This document shows, piece after piece, positions 37,172-47,900 of a stretch of 64,000 nucleotides of DNA (positions are counted from its first letter, which is position 1; the number at the start of each line of letters is the position of its first letter). The translations under genes were made by a program, and so were the position numbers. The notes under the pieces were generated by a model. The model was not told the DNA's origin and searched no databases. It was given only the letters and a program-made list of their open reading frames with translations. Origin of the DNA: Opitutales bacterium (GTDB lineage: Bacteria; Verrucomicrobiota; Verrucomicrobiia; Opitutales; UBA2987); assembly GCA_965226885.1 (NCBI GenBank), contig CBDDEL010000010.1, positions 361,168 through 425,167 on the forward strand. The letters are read 5' to 3'.

Positions 37172-38653
37172 CTAGGCCGCCGCTTTGGTTTTTAGTTCGT
37201 CTTGCTGGGCCAGCATCTTGGCTACTTTCCATAGGTTGTGCGAGAGTACCGACCAGGCTACGCTGATCGAGCGGTTGGCAAAGCCTTTGCTGCGCAACCG
37301 CCCGGCCTGCCAGCGATTCTTCAATACCCCGATCCGCCCTTCGGTGCTGGCCCGGCGCTTTTGCAATTGTCTGAACAGTGGTTCCTCCATCCGTTTTTTC
37401 AACTGCTTCGGATCGCGTGGACAGAGCGCGTCGTAGATTCCCTCCTGGGCTAACTGCCGGCGGGCCCGCTGGGAGGCAAATCCCCGGTCCGCGCACATGG
37501 CCGCTATGGGTTCTTCCAGGTTGAAGCGGTTCTGTCTTTGCAAACTCTCTTGCATTTGTTCATTTTCGCTTGGAGTTCGGCTGCCGTAGAGTTTCCAGTC
37601 CAGCAGGTACCCTTCAACGCTTTCTCCCAAAAACAGGGTGTTGCCGAACTCGACCTCTTGGCCCGCTTTACCTCGCACAATCACCTGCCCATCGAGTTCG
37701 TAAACACTCAAGACTTTCTCTGCGTTTTTCACCTGGCGGCCGCCAATGATCCGCTCGTGCGCCTGTTTGATGACCACCGGGATTTGCTCGCTCATGCGCT
37801 CCATCCGGGCGAGGATCTGTTGGACCTGTTTTTCGCTGTAATCGCTTTGCTCCCAGCAGGCTTGCAATAATTCCCGGTGACTGCGGGCATGCTCCCCGAT
37901 CCGTTTGAGCAGCTTTTTCATCTGCCTCAAGATACCCTTGCGCTGCCGCGCGCTGTCCTTTCGCCGCCGGCTGTGGGTCATCTGTATGCACAGCCGATTC
38001 ATCTGCCGAGCCAAGGGCTCCGGTTCGATCGGCATGCGATGCCGCAAACCGGCCTTCTCGCGGATCAGCCGGATCGCTTTGAGCAACGTGCCGGCTACAT
38101 CCTTGAGTAATACCCAGTCCGTCGGCCAATGAATGTTAGCCTCCAAACAGGTGCCGTCGATCAGGCAAATGGTGGTGTCAATCGGCTTGTCCAATCCCAC
38201 CTGCCGGGCCAGAAGGGCATCGCCCACCACCTCAGTCAAGGTCCGGTGCAAGGCCCTCAACTGCTCTTCGCTGAAAAACTTCGAGGCCCCCTCCAGGGTG
38301 CTTTTGGAGATGCCCCTGATGCCATCGATCTGCCGGACACGGCAAAAGTCGGCCAACAGATCGCTGCTGCCCAGAGCCCGCGACAAATGCCGAAACGAAA
38401 TCCCTCCGAGCAGACGGCCCAGCGTATCCATGCGCAGTGCCTTGATGGCAAAACTGGCCCGCTGCCGCCGGGCCTTTAGACCCATTGGCGGCCACCCCTC
38501 CAAGGCCAGCTCAATGGCCTGCGATTCCACCTCCGAGTCGATCAGCAGCCGATCGATTCGATCAATGGTGGCGCGGAAGTTATCGTAATCGAGGCACCGG
38601 TCGACCACAGTTAAAGCTGGACGCAGGAGGCATTGGATGGCTATATTTTTCAT
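37172..38653 (-). CDS. DDE transposase of IS type C (copy C3)
   Basis: 493-aa ORF, near-identical to C1/C2. Confidence 0.8.
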   Translation of the reverse strand: MKNIAIQCLLRPALTVVDRCLDYDNFRATIDRIDRLLIDSEVESQAIELALEGWPPMGLKARRQRASFAIKALRMDTLGRLLGGISFRHLSRALGSSDLLADFCRVRQIDGIRGISKSTLEGASKFFSEEQLRALHRTLTEVVGDALLARQVGLDKPIDTTICLIDGTCLEANIHWPTDWVLLKDVAGTLLKAIRLIREKAGLRHRMPIEPEPLARQMNRLCIQMTHSRRRKDSARQRKGILRQMKKLLKRIGEHARSHRELLQACWEQSDYSEKQVQQILARMERMSEQIPVVIKQAHERIIGGRQVKNAEKVLSVYELDGQVIVRGKAGQEVEFGNTLFLGESVEGYLLDWKLYGSRTPSENEQMQESLQRQNRFNLEEPIAAMCADRGFASQRARRQLAQEGIYDALCPRDPKQLKKRMEEPLFRQLQKRRASTEGRIGVLKNRWQAGRLRSKGFANRSISVAWSVLSHNLWKVAKMLAQQDELKTKAAA

Positions 38654-38793
38654 AGAAAGGGCTATATTGATTTTCGCTAACTCAATTATAGAACCCTTTT
38701 TTGGCCGGATCGAGCAAAAACTTGCTCTTTCCGGCTCTTTTTATCAACGTCATCCAGTTGACTATAAAATCTTTATATTTTTGGGACAGCCTC
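37172..38793 (-). mobile_element. IS type C, copy C3, truncated by ~195 bp at its transposase-distal end
   Basis: Begins exactly at the CTAG that overlaps the transposase stop codon (compare 34792-34799 in C2) and abuts the A4 end. The other terminus ..GGGACAGCCTC is at 38793. Confidence 0.85.
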
Positions 38794-39012
38794 TACCACA
38801 GCCTCTACCCTATGTTAAAAATAATCCCTCTTCCAAAATCCACAAAAATCCCCTCGAATGCACCACTAAAACCTGATTTTTGGGCATTTTCAGCAGGTGA
38901 TTGGCACAAAGCTATAATAAAGGAGTATTCTTTCTAATTCTCATCGGTTTAGAAAGCCAATAACCCATTTCATGTTTCATGCATAACGACAAGGTTCAGC
39001 AGAGAGCTTTTA

Positions 39013-39648
39013 TCACTTACGAGCAGAACGAATCAATTCCGCCACTTCTTTCATTCCATTTTTTTCAAGGTATTTGATAAATACAGCCCATGGAGGGATA
39101 TTGCTACAATATGATGAAGACCCAGTGTATAAGCCACCCCCAGGGCCAGTATAAAGACCACCTCCGGGACCGGTGTATAAGCCACCACCGGGACCAGTGT
39201 ATAAGCCACCTCCGGGACCGGTATAAAGACCACCTCCAGGACCGGTGTATGCGCCACCACCAGGACCAGTGTAAAGACCACCTCCGGGACCGGTGTATAA
39301 GCCACCTCCAGGACCGGTGTATGCGCCACCACCAGGACCAGTGTAAAGACCACCTCCGGGACCGGTGTATAAGCCACCTCCAGGGCCGGTGTATTGATCT
39401 CGTGGCCAAGTATTTTCAGGGCACGCTGCAAAAGCAGACGACATAAAAGTTAAACAGAACCAAATTGCGCTTATAAGTTTTAGTCTTTCCATAGACATAA
39501 AATACATAAAATTCCTATTTCCGGGTCCGAGCCTTGCCAGACGTCCGAGCCTTGCCAGACCTTTGCTCACCGCAAGGGTCGATGCCGTGTAGGCTTCGAT
39601 CTTTTCCTTTAAATCAATGATTTTCTTAACTTTTGGCTTTCCCATCAT
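39013..39648 (-). CDS. Gly/Tyr-rich repeat protein with 11 tandem YTGPGGG(L/A) octapeptides; probable signal-anchor or signal peptide
   Basis: 211-aa ORF preceded by a strong GGAGG Shine-Dalgarno at 39653-39657. Hydrophobic segment LKLISAIWFCLTFMSSAFA, then the repeat block, then a ~35-aa unique tail. Confidence 0.6.
   Translation of the reverse strand: MMGKPKVKKIIDLKEKIEAYTASTLAVSKGLARLGRLARLGPGNRNFMYFMSMERLKLISAIWFCLTFMSSAFAACPENTWPRDQYTGPGGGLYTGPGGGLYTGPGGGAYTGPGGGLYTGPGGGLYTGPGGGAYTGPGGGLYTGPGGGLYTGPGGGLYTGPGGGLYTGPGGGLYTGSSSYCSNIPPWAVFIKYLEKNGMKEVAELIRSARK
39124..39392 (-). repeat. 24-bp coding tandem repeat (about 11 units) with a 72-bp higher-order period
   Basis: Units encode YTGPGGGL/A. 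The L,L,A pattern repeats. The long ORFs on other frames and the other strand over this block are repeat artefacts. Confidence 0.85.
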
Positions 39649-40126
39649 TCTTCCTCCTTCGGTCGATTATATTGCAGGCAGCGTTTACGCTGCCCGTGAT
39701 TGGGTACCATAAAATTTGGGCCGAATTTTGCAAGTAAATCTGCCGATGGGGCCAATTCAGTGGTTCATTACCCCTTTTCGTTCATTCTCATTCTGGGTAT
39801 TCACCCCTTCCGCCCTTTCTGGACAAGATCAGGCAACAGGAAGCAGAACTTGGAAGCAGAACTTCAAAAAGCTGATAATCCAGACGAACCAGGAGATGTA
39901 AACGAGGTATTTTGGCGTCAGGCTCATCCCACCAAGCAAAATCACTGAAATTGCCATTGCCTGACCGCAGATGCTCATTGCCAGTTCCTTCGCCCATCGG
40001 GGAATGCGCTTCGATAGCTTGCCCTTGCCAAAATCACGGATGTAGTAAGCCATGAGGCACACAATCCCGGACAATGCCCCCAGGACTATCAGGAACGCCG
40101 CCAGCTTGTAATTCAGACCTGATGAA

Positions 40127-40642
40127 TTACTTGTCGTTTTCTATGCAATTCTCCAACCAGTGCGTTGGGTCAATCGGCAATGAACTGAATAATGCATAGA
40201 GTTCGACAGTCAGCCTGAGCGGTGATGCTGCAGTGACTTTAGCAAATACTTCACCAGCCTCAAGAGTTTGCCCTTCTTTTACCACAACACTGCCTGGGTC
40301 TAACCCCCAAAATACTATCTTCTTTTCATTGTCCTGCAAGGTAACTTCTGGGAAAACATCATATTCTCCATTAGTAGGATTAAACTTCTTTTCATCCCTA
40401 ATAGCAACGACCTGCGCTGGGAAGGGTGCATTAACTCTATAGGGATCGCCTGTGTCGAGATCGGGCAAACTAACCGAAACACCTGAAAAATTGACAGCAC
40501 TCGGCACAATAACTAAAGTATTATCGCATTGCAAAACCTTATGCCACTGCTTTCCGAGCCCAAGATGAGTTGCATCAGGCCGCAGTAACAACATTGATTT
40601 TAAATTCCTTTTAGAATTCGCAGCTATGTTTTTTGCGTTCAC
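40127..40642 (-). CDS. Hypothetical protein
   Basis: 171-aa track ORF starting at a GTG that abuts a candidate IS terminus; an internal ATG (MLLLRPD..) is an alternative start. The ..VVVKEGQTLEAGEVFAKV.. segment is lipoyl/M23-barrel-like, but no catalytic motif was seen. Confidence 0.4.
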   Translation of the reverse strand: MNAKNIAANSKRNLKSMLLLRPDATHLGLGKQWHKVLQCDNTLVIVPSAVNFSGVSVSLPDLDTGDPYRVNAPFPAQVVAIRDEKKFNPTNGEYDVFPEVTLQDNEKKIVFWGLDPGSVVVKEGQTLEAGEVFAKVTAASPLRLTVELYALFSSLPIDPTHWLENCIENDK

Positions 40643-40715
40643 CCCATATTTCCCATTTCATCATAAGAAAATTAGCTTGAAATAAGCGCTATGTGTTTAA
40701 TAATAAGGTAGTGTA

Positions 40716-41188
40716 TTAAGTAGGAATGGTGGCTAATTCTTGATTATATTGATGAATGAAAAGTCTCAGACAGGTTTCATGCATACTCTTAAGCTTGGAA
40801 AAGGAGAGGGTTTTGCGTGTGAAACGACCCAGTCGTTGGCGCAGGGTATTGTTCCATCGTTCCACATGGGCCGTTTCACCGGTTTCTTTTCCCACGGATC
40901 GGTTATGAGGAAAGACTTCATCATAAGTGCTCCAAAAGTCGCTGTAGGTGGCACATCTTTTGTAGGCCCGTGGCAGACGCTCGTAAAGTTCCCGGCAACG
41001 ATACCAATCCCGAGGCCCAATGGCATAGGAGAGGATTTGACGGGTGCGTCGGCAAAGAGCGATCCAAACCCATTGGGCATCGCTCTTGCGCCCCACAAAA
41101 GACCACAGTTCGTCCAGTTCAATGACATCATGGCGGCGGGCCGCAAGAATCGTGCTTTTGAGCGGTCGCAGCGATTGTCGTTTTTTTT
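40716..41188 (-). CDS. insB: IS1-family InsB frame (copy E3; +1 relative to insA)
   Basis: Identical to E1 InsB. Open from the A8 run at 41181-41188. Confidence 0.8.
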
Positions 41189-41433
41189 AACCAACTCAAA
41201 ACGGTGTTGGGACTCACCCCGAAGGCGCGCTGTAAACCGCGTAGACTGCTGCGTTCCTGATAGACTCGAAGGATCATTTCTTTTTGCTCTTCGGTGTATT
41301 TCACTGTGGGGTTTTCGCGGCTTTGTTTACCACAATCATGGCAGCGGTAGCGCTGTTTATGGTTGGGCGTCTTGCCAAATTTAATGATATTTTCACTTCC
41401 ACAGTGCCGACAATTAATAATTTTAGTAACCAT
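41128..41433 (-). CDS. insA: IS1-family InsA (copy E3)
   Basis: Identical to E1 InsA. Confidence 0.85.
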   Translation of the reverse strand: MVTKIINCRHCGSENIIKFGKTPNHKQRYRCHDCGKQSRENPTVKYTEEQKEMILRVYQERSSLRGLQRAFGVSPNTVLSWLKKTTIAATAQKHDSCGPPP

Positions 41434-42433
41434 GCACTAAGAATAAACTGCCTAACGCTATTTGTACAGCTAAAAATACAAAATAACATTCTTTTTTTAT
41501 ACACTACCAATAATAAGTTACTTAAATATACTTATAACGAGCAAATTCTTAAAATCCAATGGGTGACGCAAAAAAGAGCAGTTTTCGGGTTCAATTCAAC
41601 CGCCGAATCAAGTTGGAGTTCCACGGTGCGAAGGTTACCAGTGATGCAGGATTGTTACTCTACCGGGAACTCGATGAGGCTTTCGGGCTGACTGCAATAG
41701 GAAGCAAAAATGTGGTGGAGGAGCGCACGGGCAAAAATATCCAGCACGGCAGAACGGCTCTGCTTCGGCAGTCTGTCTTTAGTCGCCTGGCAGGATACAA
41801 AGATACGAACGATGCGGAGCGACTGCGCTTTGATCCGGTCATGAGGCAGATTGTCGGGGGTCGTGCCGATTGGCAACCGGCGGCTTCGCCCAGTGAAATG
41901 AGCCGCTTTGAAACACAGATGTTAACCAAGCCTGCGAATCTGAGCGCACTGATGGACATGAGTGGTCAATGGATCGACCAGGTGAATAGGCGAGTGGGGA
42001 TGAAAAAATTGATTCTCGATATGGATAGTTCGGAGAGCCCTACTTACGGGAAGCAGGAAGGCTCGGCCTTCAACGGTCATTTCGGCTGCACCTGTTACCA
42101 TCCCCTGTTCTGCTTCAACCAGTTTGGTGATCTGGAACGGGCCAACCTGCGTAAAGGCAATGTGCACAGTGCCGACGATTGGTTGTCGGTGCTCCAACCG
42201 GTCGTTGCCCGCTATCGTGACTGTCCCCTGAAACGATTTTTCCGAGGTGACGCAGCCTTCGCCAATCCGGACCTCTACGGTTACCTTGAGCAAGAGAACT
42301 TCTCCTATGCCATTCGGCTGCAGAGCAACACGATTTTACAAAAACATATCGCCCCTTTACTCACTCGGCCAGTGGGGCGACCCTCGTGGGCACCCAAGGT
42401 GTTTTATGCCAGTTTTCCGTATCAAGCCGCTAG

Positions 42434-44000
42434 CCCGGATATTTCATGAAGGGTAAAGTTTGGCTCGTTATTGCTATTGGAGATGGATTTCTTTGTATTT
42501 TGAGCAGATCGTCTTGATTTTTAGGTGTTTTTCAGGGTGTAGAGACACTGCCCCCTTTCCCCCATTGGTTCGGTAGTGCCGGGGGCAGCACCAATGCACC
42601 CTTTAGGTTGGCACCAATCGGCGGGCCGCATGGTTGAAAAGACTGGCCCAAGGATAACTCTCACTTAGGTGAAAGTGAATCGTTCGGGTGTTGCGCACGA
42701 TGACCGCTCCGATCTTGATTAATTTGAGCCGCAGGGTGTGGCATTGGGCCCGCGCCCACTTCGTCCCTTTTAAGGCTAACCGGCGCATGGCTTCCATCAA
42801 GGTGTAGGCCAGCGCCGACAAGAGCAATCGCCACTGATTGGCCCACCATTGATGGGCGCTGGTGCGCTCGCTGAACAATTGCATCTGTTCCTTGATTCGG
42901 TTCTCCATTTCACCGCGGCCACAGTATACCTTGTCGTAAAGCTCCTGGGGATCGCCCGGCAGGTTCGTCACCACGAAGCGCGGGTTGGACCCCTGTGCGG
43001 TGTGTTCGGCTTTATGGATGACCAACCGCAGCCATCGCCACGAATCGGCAGCATAGACGAAGTCCTGGAATAACCGTTGTTTTTTGCCCCTTAGTTCGAA
43101 CCATTCTTTGGCCTGCTTTTGCAACTGCTGGGCGTCTTGCTGCAAGCGTGCATTGCGAGCCATCCCCACGATGTAACTAACTTCGTTGCGGTCGCACCAA
43201 GAGGGTATCCGGTCTCGACAAAATCCACTGTCGGCGCGCCAAATAATCCGCGTACGGGGCCAGCTTTGGCGAATCCGTTTAACCAGCAATTTGAGGATGG
43301 CCCCGGCATGCTTGCTGGCATCGATCTTGCTCGGCCGCAGGTAGGCCACCAGCAGCTGATCACCGCAAAAAACATATAGCGGCAGAAAACAGTAATGATC
43401 ATAATAACCGTGGAAAAAACGTCCCTCCTGGAGCCCGTGCACCGGAGTGTCGGTGGCGTCAAAGTCCAGGATGATCTCTTCGGGTTCCTCGGCAAAGGAG
43501 CCCATGAACTGTTCGACCAACAGCTCGTTTACTGCAAAGGCCGCCCGCCGATCCTGCCCGTTTTCAAAACGACACAAAGTCGGCGCGCTGGCCAACGTTT
43601 CAATGCGCCCCGTTACCGTTTGCAACAATGGATCGTGGCGCAGGGTATCAAAGTCGTTCAAATCCTCATAGCCCGCCACCAGCCCGTAAACGCGCTGCCG
43701 CAGCATCCCCAATACCTCATGGCGTACTTTGCCCTTCTGCCGTTTGTCCACTAACTGTCGGGCCGCTCGTTCGGTCAAGCCCAACTGCCGAACCACTTCC
43801 CGGATCAAAAGCAGTCCGGCATCCGAAGTAACCTCTCCGCCCTTGAAATCAACCCGCACACGGCGGCCTTTTACCCTTGTCAACTGTAGCTTTAATTGTT
43901 TACCTTTTGTCATCGCTGATATTGCTTTAATTATTGATCTATCCTGCTGTATATCAGCAGTTAAGCATATCAACGATACTTTTTTTACGAAATATCCGGG
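42434..44000 (-). mobile_element. IS1380-family type A, copy A5 (1567 bp)
   Basis: CCCGGATATTTC termini. 4-bp direct repeat CTAG at 42430-42433 and 44001-44004. Confidence 0.9.
42603..43973 (-). CDS. IS1380-family DDE transposase (copy A5; several private substitutions)
   Basis: 456-aa ORF. Differs from A1/A2 at a handful of residues (e.g. REVVRQ, DATDTPVHG). Confidence 0.85.
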   Translation of the reverse strand: MICLTADIQQDRSIIKAISAMTKGKQLKLQLTRVKGRRVRVDFKGGEVTSDAGLLLIREVVRQLGLTERAARQLVDKRQKGKVRHEVLGMLRQRVYGLVAGYEDLNDFDTLRHDPLLQTVTGRIETLASAPTLCRFENGQDRRAAFAVNELLVEQFMGSFAEEPEEIILDFDATDTPVHGLQEGRFFHGYYDHYCFLPLYVFCGDQLLVAYLRPSKIDASKHAGAILKLLVKRIRQSWPRTRIIWRADSGFCRDRIPSWCDRNEVSYIVGMARNARLQQDAQQLQKQAKEWFELRGKKQRLFQDFVYAADSWRWLRLVIHKAEHTAQGSNPRFVVTNLPGDPQELYDKVYCGRGEMENRIKEQMQLFSERTSAHQWWANQWRLLLSALAYTLMEAMRRLALKGTKWARAQCHTLRLKLIKIGAVIVRNTRTIHFHLSESYPWASLFNHAARRLVPT

Positions 44001-44906
44001 CTAGTTGGCAGAGACCTCGCCGGGTGGTGGCCAAGGTCGAGTGGCAGGCCGGAGAGTTATTTGCGCGGGTCGGTTTCATCGTGACAAATCTGAACTGGCC
44101 ACCCAGGAAGGTAGTGAAATTTTACAACCACCGGGGCACCGCAGAGCAGTGGATCAAAGAGGGCAAACATGCCATCCACTGGACCCGCTTGTCCTGCCAT
44201 GACTTTGAGGACAATGCCGTTCGGCTTCAGCTCTTCGGCTTAGCCTACAATCTGGGCAACTTCATGCGCCGGTTGATTCTTCCTGGCAAGGTGAAGCACT
44301 GGATGCTGAGCTCTTTGCGGGAGAAACTCATCAAAATCGGAGCAAAGGTGATCCACCATGCCAAGTATATCACTTTCCAGATGGCTGAGGTGGCCATCCC
44401 AAGAGAAATGTTTCGAACCATGCTCAAGCGAGTAGAGCGACTGCGACTCGCACCTGATACGGGGTGAGTAAGAAGATTTTTCGATACAAAAGGAATCAGT
44501 GCTGTGGAAACCTCCTGCTGTGGAAACCTCCAACAGAAGGAAATATCTTTCCCTGATTTGACCAAGCAAAGGGAAAATCAGCAATAATTGTTAAATACTG
44601 CCGATTTGATCATCAAATAACCAAGGAAAGGATTGCAAAATCACATTGAAAGCAGAAAATTGGATCGAAATATTAGAAAGTAGCTATTTTCAACGATTAC
44701 GAATGTTCATATGGGAAATCTCGGTTTACACGGCATACTGAAACAATGGGGTTAATTAAACCATTGCTAAATTTGTAAACAGTAAGTAAATTGAGAATTG
44801 AATGAGCCCTAATGGGAAAGTATGAATCCTCTGCCAATGTATCCGCTACCGAGCCAAGAACCTCTCTCCAAATTGATTTGCAATCCAAATCTCCTTGCTT
44901 GCATGA

Positions 44907-47900
44907 TTGTCGGCGCCTAATAACCCAGCGCTAACAATTCCCCCACACCAACCCATGTTTAATAAACAGATTCTGCGGCAATGCATCTTTTCATTGCTCG
45001 TCGTAATCTTTTGTTTTTCAACCACATCCACTCGATCGGCGGAAATCAAGGGGAGCACCCTGAATTCCGCAGACGGACTGTTCCTGGAGGGTGTTCGTAT
45101 CTCGATTGAGGGCACAGGTATTGTTATTTTCTCGGAACGAGGGGGAAGCTTCGTCATCAGAAACCTGAAACCGGGCGATTACACCCTGAAAGCCACCTAC
45201 ATCGGGTATCCCGTTTACACTCAAAGCGTTAATATTCCCAATCAGGAATCTTCGATCCGTATCACCATCGATTATGCGGCGGATGATATTGTCGAGCTGG
45301 AGACCTTCAAGGTCGAAGGCTCGCTCGTCGGCCAGGCCAAGGCGATCAATCTGCAGCGATCGGCGGACAACATTGTGAACGTGGTCTCGTCCGACGCCAT
45401 CGGGCAGTTTGTGGACCGTAACGCGGCGGAAGCGCTCCAGCGCCTGCCCGGCATCTCCCTCGAGGAGAGCCAGGGGGAGGGAAAATTTATCATCATTCGC
45501 GGCGCGGATCCAACTTTAAACGCTGTGACCATCGACGGCGTAAACTTGGCTACGCCCGAGGAGGACGGTCGCTCGGTAGCTCTGAACATCATCTCCACCG
45601 ACCAGCTCGAACGGATCGAGTTGGTGAAATCCTGGCTGCCGGATAAAAGCGGTAACGTGATCGGCGGAACGGTCAACCTGGTGACGCGCAGCGCGCTGGA
45701 CCGCGGAGCGCGCTTTGCTTCTGTTGAGGGGGCTTTCACAAAGCACACCATTGCAGCCGGCGACAGCTATCGGTTCAACGCCACTTATGGGGATATTCTC
45801 GGTAAGAAAGAGAATATCGGTATTCAGATTTCTTACAATCAGTCCGTGGACAATCGCGGATCGGACACGCTGAAGGCAGACACCTGGAATACGCAAACCC
45901 GCGCCGACCTGGTGAGTTTTCCCGACGGATTCTATCTGGAGGGCCTGCAGTTCGAGGATCTTACGATTAGGCGCGAACGCACTGGAATCGGAGGAAAGCT
46001 CGAATATCAGCTGGGTGAGAACCATGAGTTCTTCGTGACGGCATCGTTCAACCAGTTCGATGACGACGAGGTCCTGCAGGAAACGCGAGTCAATATGAGC
46101 AATGCTCCCACTTCTTACACCAAACCTCGAAACTTGACGGAAGAATTTGCGTTGGAGCTCGGTCTCGATCTAAACGACCCCGAAGTTATTATGCGCCTGT
46201 CCGCGTCGTCGGAGGGAAATAAGCTCTCGTTGCTCACGTTTGAAGAGGCGGTGCAATTAAACACCATCGCTTGGGACGCGGAAACGAGAAATTACACATT
46301 CATCGGACACCTGGCAACGCCCACGAAGAGCTGGCGCAACACGGTTACGAACGACAAGATTCTCACTTTCCAGGCCGGAGGGAAGCATCAGCTTGGGCAG
46401 ATTTGGCGTCTTGACTACAAGTTTTACGGTTCCGATGCGGAGAAGAACTGGACGGAACGCAGAGTTACGCTGGAAGCGAGCTCCACCGCATTTGAGATCC
46501 GCCTCGGAGAGGACGGCTATTTCCCCCAGATAGTAGAGGATCTCACGACAAAGTTGACCGAGCCCGAGCGCTTCCAGTTGAACCGGGAAGAGGGCTCCGC
46601 GGCGGACAACACGTTTTTCAGCAGCGACCAGCGGAAAGGTTTTGAAGTTAATCTGGAGGCCGTTTACCAGATCGGAAAGTCGCCCGCCAAAACCAAGTTT
46701 GGCTTCGCCGCTGATTTTCGCGACAAAGAGTTTATTCGCAACTTCAATCGCTTCGGGAGTATCGATACATCACCTATTCCCCAGCTGACGCTGGCCGACG
46801 ACGTGTTCTTCGGGGGAGAACTCGAGACGGGCTTTTTGTCCGGCCGGCCGGAATACGATTTCGGCCCGAGTTTTGACACGGCAGCCGTGAATGCGTTTAT
46901 CGACGATCCGGGGGACGTGACCTTTATCCAGCTCCCGAACGACGTGACCTTCAACGTCACCGACGCGATCTTAAAGAACTACCAGGCGGTGGAGGATATC
47001 AGCGCGGCATTCCTGATGCAGACCCTGGAGGTGAGAGGGTTCAAGATTATCGCCGGGTTTCGCTATGAGAAGACGAAGAATACCTTCACCATCAACGAAA
47101 TTTTGACCCGTCCCGAGGAGCTGCCGTTCTTTGTCTCGCCCGCCTTCTGGAACCGATTGCCCCTGGAAGCATTCTCCCAGTTGACGACGTCGCAAAGGAG
47201 CTATACCCACTTCCTGCCCGCCTTTCATGTCATTAAAAACTTTTCCGAGAATACCAAAGTTAAGGCCTCCATCACCAAGACCATCGGCCGCCCCAAATTC
47301 ACCGACCTTGTTCCCCGCGAGATCGTTTCCATAGCAGGAGCCAGATTCGGAAATGATGTGCAGCTCCCCAATTTTAACCTCCAGGCGAGGGAAGCGACCA
47401 ACATCGATTTCTCCTTTGAGCGCTATTTCGAGCGCCTTGGCCAGTTTACCGTGAGCGGCTTTCACAAGAAGCTGAAGAACTCGATCTACACCGAGTCCCG
47501 GATCGTGGATGCCGGGACCGGGGTAGCGCCGGAGTTGGCGGCCAAATACGACAGCCTCGGAGAAGACGTGACCGAGTGGCGGACTACTCAGATGGTGAAC
47601 GCGGGTGACGGCGAGCTCTTCGGGGTTGAGGTTGCTTTCGAACGCAAGTTCAACTTCCTCCCTTCCCCCTTTGACGGATTCGGCCTTTCCTTCAACACCG
47701 CTTTTATTGAATCCAAGGTCAAACTCCTGCTCGAAGAGCGCTTCGAGGAGGAGGTGCCTTTATTCAAGCAATCGAGTAGCATGGGCAATTTATCCGTTTT
47801 TTTCGAGAAGTACGGGTTGCTGGTGCGATTGGCGCTGGTATGGCGGGGCCAATACCTGCAAGGCGTTCGCGCCGGCGAGCAGGACATCGACAACCTGACG

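Larger units (their letters stand above)
40707..41508 (-). mobile_element. IS1-family type E, copy E3 (802 bp)
   Basis: GGTAGTGTAT / ATACACTACC termini. 8-bp direct repeat AATAATAA at 40699-40706 and 41509-41516. Confidence 0.9.
41559..44467 (+). pseudogene. Transposase of a second IS1380-family element (type D), split by IS copy A5
   Basis: The N-terminal part (..FHGAKVTSDAGLLLYRELDEAFGL..) runs to 42433. The C-terminal part (WQRPRRVVAKVEW..HRGTAEQWIKEGK..) resumes in frame at 44001 once A5 and one CTAG are removed. Element ends are not resolved. Confidence 0.8.

Noticed and set aside
39051-39446. Three further ORFs (126, 118 and 101 aa) on other frames or strands over the GPGGG repeat.
   Set aside because: They are periodic-repeat artefacts. 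Only the frame with a signal or anchor segment, a Shine-Dalgarno and a unique tail is plausible.
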